Positions 17,774 through 20,000 of a stretch of DNA of 20,000 nt are shown here, piece after piece. The translations under genes and the position numbers were made by a program. The DNA lies in the IMG/VR virus record IMGVR_UViG_3300018405_000012; one strand, 5' to 3'. The notes beneath the pieces were generated by a model. It made no database searches. It worked only from the letters and a program-made list of their open reading frames with translations, and was not told where the DNA came from. The stretch comes from an uncultured virus (IMG/VR IMGVR_UViG_3300018405_000012) (Duplodnaviria > Heunggongvirae > Uroviricota > Caudoviricetes). Numbering within the stretch: the first letter of the stretch is position 1; the number at the start of each line of letters is the position of its first letter.

Positions 17774-19864
17774 ATGGACAATATCCTCGACGACAGTTGG
17801 GTTAAATCAGCCTTCTTGCTGCCTGCCGATACCATCATCGGGGGTAATGCTGCGGTCGTCAACCGAATTTATTCCACCTCGATGCAGAAGGCCAACGACA
17901 CCACCCTAGGTGGAAACTTTGTCATCAACCCTCTCCCTCAGTTCACTCGGTATGCAGACCTGAAACACAACCTGTTTACCAATCAGCACGGTCGAGGATC
18001 ATCGACCCTGCTCCCGAAGGTATCGCGCAGTCACAGCACTGACCCGAAAGGGTGTAATGGCATGGGTCGTACCTACAGCGAGAAGATTGACGACAACATG
18101 CAGGTTGTACACTTTCGCATGGGCTTTCCGCAGTTCAACAGCCTGACTCAGTTCTACACCAACTATTACTCGGTTCCTGCCTCGTCCATGGCGCGGACTG
18201 GTCGTGCACCAGGGTTCTTCTACACCTTGGGCTGGGCAGTAGGTACAGTGGCAACGATTCCACTGATGCCGTTCATCATGGTTGCAGGTGTGGCCGGTAA
18301 AGCCATCCGGTTCTTCCTGCGTCGGCCGGCGTCAAAATACTACTACCTCAAACCTGCCATGTTGCCTTACTGGCAAGCAGTCAGCTCGATGGTTAACGGT
18401 ATTGCAGCGAACATGGGCATCATCGAACGACCTTTGTTCGAGGGTAACAAACCCATCTACAACAAAGAAAATGGCATCGACCAGAACGATATTAAGAACA
18501 TGCACCGGATGATCCCATCGATCTACCGGAAGAATGGCGGTATCGACGTATTTGCCGTGGCTCAACGTGGTCAGCGTCTGGTCAACCATCGCCGCGAATT
18601 ACTCAATGGTGAATTGGATAAGGTCAACTCTAAAGAAGAGATTCAGGCCATCTTTAAGCGACGCATGTACGGCGATGACATGAATGATGTCATCACAGGC
18701 GTCAACAACATGGATGCCACGCTAGACAACTACGTGGAGATCTGGCGAAAAAGTGAGATGCTCGGGCAAATCAAGGAAGGCGAAGAACTCCTCGCTGAGG
18801 CTAAGGTTGAGAAAGTCGGCCGAATGGAAGACGGCATCGTTGAGCGTACTGCCGATGCATTTATGGCAGAAGCCAGAATGGGTTCCGAGTTCCTGAGCCT
18901 GCGGGTGGACTTCACCGGAACGCAATCCGAGTCGTTCAATAATAGCACCAAGGAACCGTCAATCAGCAGCCAGATCAACAGCATCTCGGCCAGTGCCCGT
19001 GAAACCCGATTCAGCATGTTCGATGGCAACATTGATGGAGCCGGGATCATCGGCGGTGCGGTAGAAGCCTTCAAGGGTTTCATGTCAGGTACTGCTACAG
19101 GACTGGGTATTCAAGGCCTAGCCCAGTTGGCCGGTTCTGCCTATGTGGATATCCCTAAGGTCTGGGACAGTTCAAGCTGTGACTTCAACAAACTGTCGCT
19201 GAACATTCCATTGCGTTCGCCCTATGGTGATCCGATCTCTCGTCTACAGAACTTGATTCTGCCGATGAGTTGCATCTTTGCCATGGCGGTTCCACTGTCC
19301 ACCGGTAAATCTTCTCACACTTCCCCGTTCCTCGTTGAGTACTTTGCTCAAGGTCGTGCGCATTCGCGTCTGGCCATTGTGGATTCGGTGACCTTTACTC
19401 GTGGCGTGGGTGATGTGGGCTGGACCAACAATGGCGCCTTCTTGGGTGTCGATGTCCAGTTGGGCTTGATTGATTTGACCAGTGCAGTCAACATGCCTAT
19501 CAACCCGTCGTTCGAGTATTCGGACAAGGCCATCCAGGCGGCCGGTTACGCGGTAGGTGGTTCTATCGGTTGGTTGAATGGCTATGACTTCTCTCAGGGT
19601 GGGCAGGTCGGTGAGAACATTGCATCGGTCATGCTGGGTTCAACGTACGATGACGATAACAACTACACGGACTACTTGTCGATTCTGGCTGGCATTCCGT
19701 TGGAGGCTGAGATCAACATCGTGCGTAAATGGGCTTTGCGACTGGCGCGTCAGCAAGCTGCATTCGACGACACCCAGTCGCCAGAGCGTGCAGCCATGTG
19801 GGCGATGTCGGGTCTGCTTGGCGAAGGTGCCAAGGCTATCTCGATGGCCACCGACAGACAGTAA
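17774..19864 (+). CDS. Putative tail/baseplate virion protein, phiKZ gp182-like
   Basis: 696 aa with an AAGAGG RBS, directly after the gp181-like gene. The product call rests on synteny and size. Confidence 0.65.
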   Translation: MDNILDDSWVKSAFLLPADTIIGGNAAVVNRIYSTSMQKANDTTLGGNFVINPLPQFTRYADLKHNLFTNQHGRGSSTLLPKVSRSHSTDPKGCNGMGRTYSEKIDDNMQVVHFRMGFPQFNSLTQFYTNYYSVPASSMARTGRAPGFFYTLGWAVGTVATIPLMPFIMVAGVAGKAIRFFLRRPASKYYYLKPAMLPYWQAVSSMVNGIAANMGIIERPLFEGNKPIYNKENGIDQNDIKNMHRMIPSIYRKNGGIDVFAVAQRGQRLVNHRRELLNGELDKVNSKEEIQAIFKRRMYGDDMNDVITGVNNMDATLDNYVEIWRKSEMLGQIKEGEELLAEAKVEKVGRMEDGIVERTADAFMAEARMGSEFLSLRVDFTGTQSESFNNSTKEPSISSQINSISASARETRFSMFDGNIDGAGIIGGAVEAFKGFMSGTATGLGIQGLAQLAGSAYVDIPKVWDSSSCDFNKLSLNIPLRSPYGDPISRLQNLILPMSCIFAMAVPLSTGKSSHTSPFLVEYFAQGRAHSRLAIVDSVTFTRGVGDVGWTNNGAFLGVDVQLGLIDLTSAVNMPINPSFEYSDKAIQAAGYAVGGSIGWLNGYDFSQGGQVGENIASVMLGSTYDDDNNYTDYLSILAGIPLEAEINIVRKWALRLARQQAAFDDTQSPERAAMWAMSGLLGEGAKAISMATDRQ

Positions 19865-19870
19865 CATCCA

Positions 19871-19907
19871 GCATAAGGGGAGGGGCAGCTGCCCCTCCCT
19901 GTTATGC
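19871..19907. terminator. Hairpin between convergent genes, possibly a bidirectional terminator
   Basis: GCATAA-GGGGAGGGGCAGCTGCCCCTCCCTG-TTATGC is an inverted repeat 7 nt after the stop at 19864. Confidence 0.65.
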
Positions 19908-19909
19908 GC

Positions 19910-20000
19910 TTATTTGAGATTGGTGACCATCTTTGGGAATTGTGAACGGATCACTTCGGCCACTGAGACCGCTTGGAAATTAGGCGCGATCTGAACAAGA
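19910..20000 (-). CDS. 3' end of a convergent hypothetical gene (partial)
   Basis: An open frame reading LVQIAPNFQAVSVAEVIRSQFPKMVTNLK* ends immediately next to the hairpin. Confidence 0.45.
   Translation of the reverse strand, partial: LVQIAPNFQAVSVAEVIRSQFPKMVTNLK

Overview
This window is the virion RNA polymerase / head protease / tail locus of a phiKZ-like jumbo phage, identified from motifs and gene order without a database search. The minus strand carries vRNAP beta'-N (gp180-like), vRNAP beta-N (gp178-like), a small ORF, a gp177-like protein, a gp176-like beta'-C subunit and the gp175-like prohead protease, which the ORF track misses. The plus strand carries a gp181-like tape-measure/lytic transglycosylase and a gp182-like protein. 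The main result is that the two large RNAP genes are split by three group I introns whose boundaries can be read at base resolution: 9526-9887, 7029-7492 and 4185-5570. All three are phase 0 and follow a GAT (Asp) codon. One splits the catalytic AD|FDGD motif. Only one encodes a homing endonuclease (NUMOD4-HNH), and its RBS is hidden in a hairpin with a TATG late-promoter-like motif in the loop. The tape-measure gene also has a +1 frame break near 11977.
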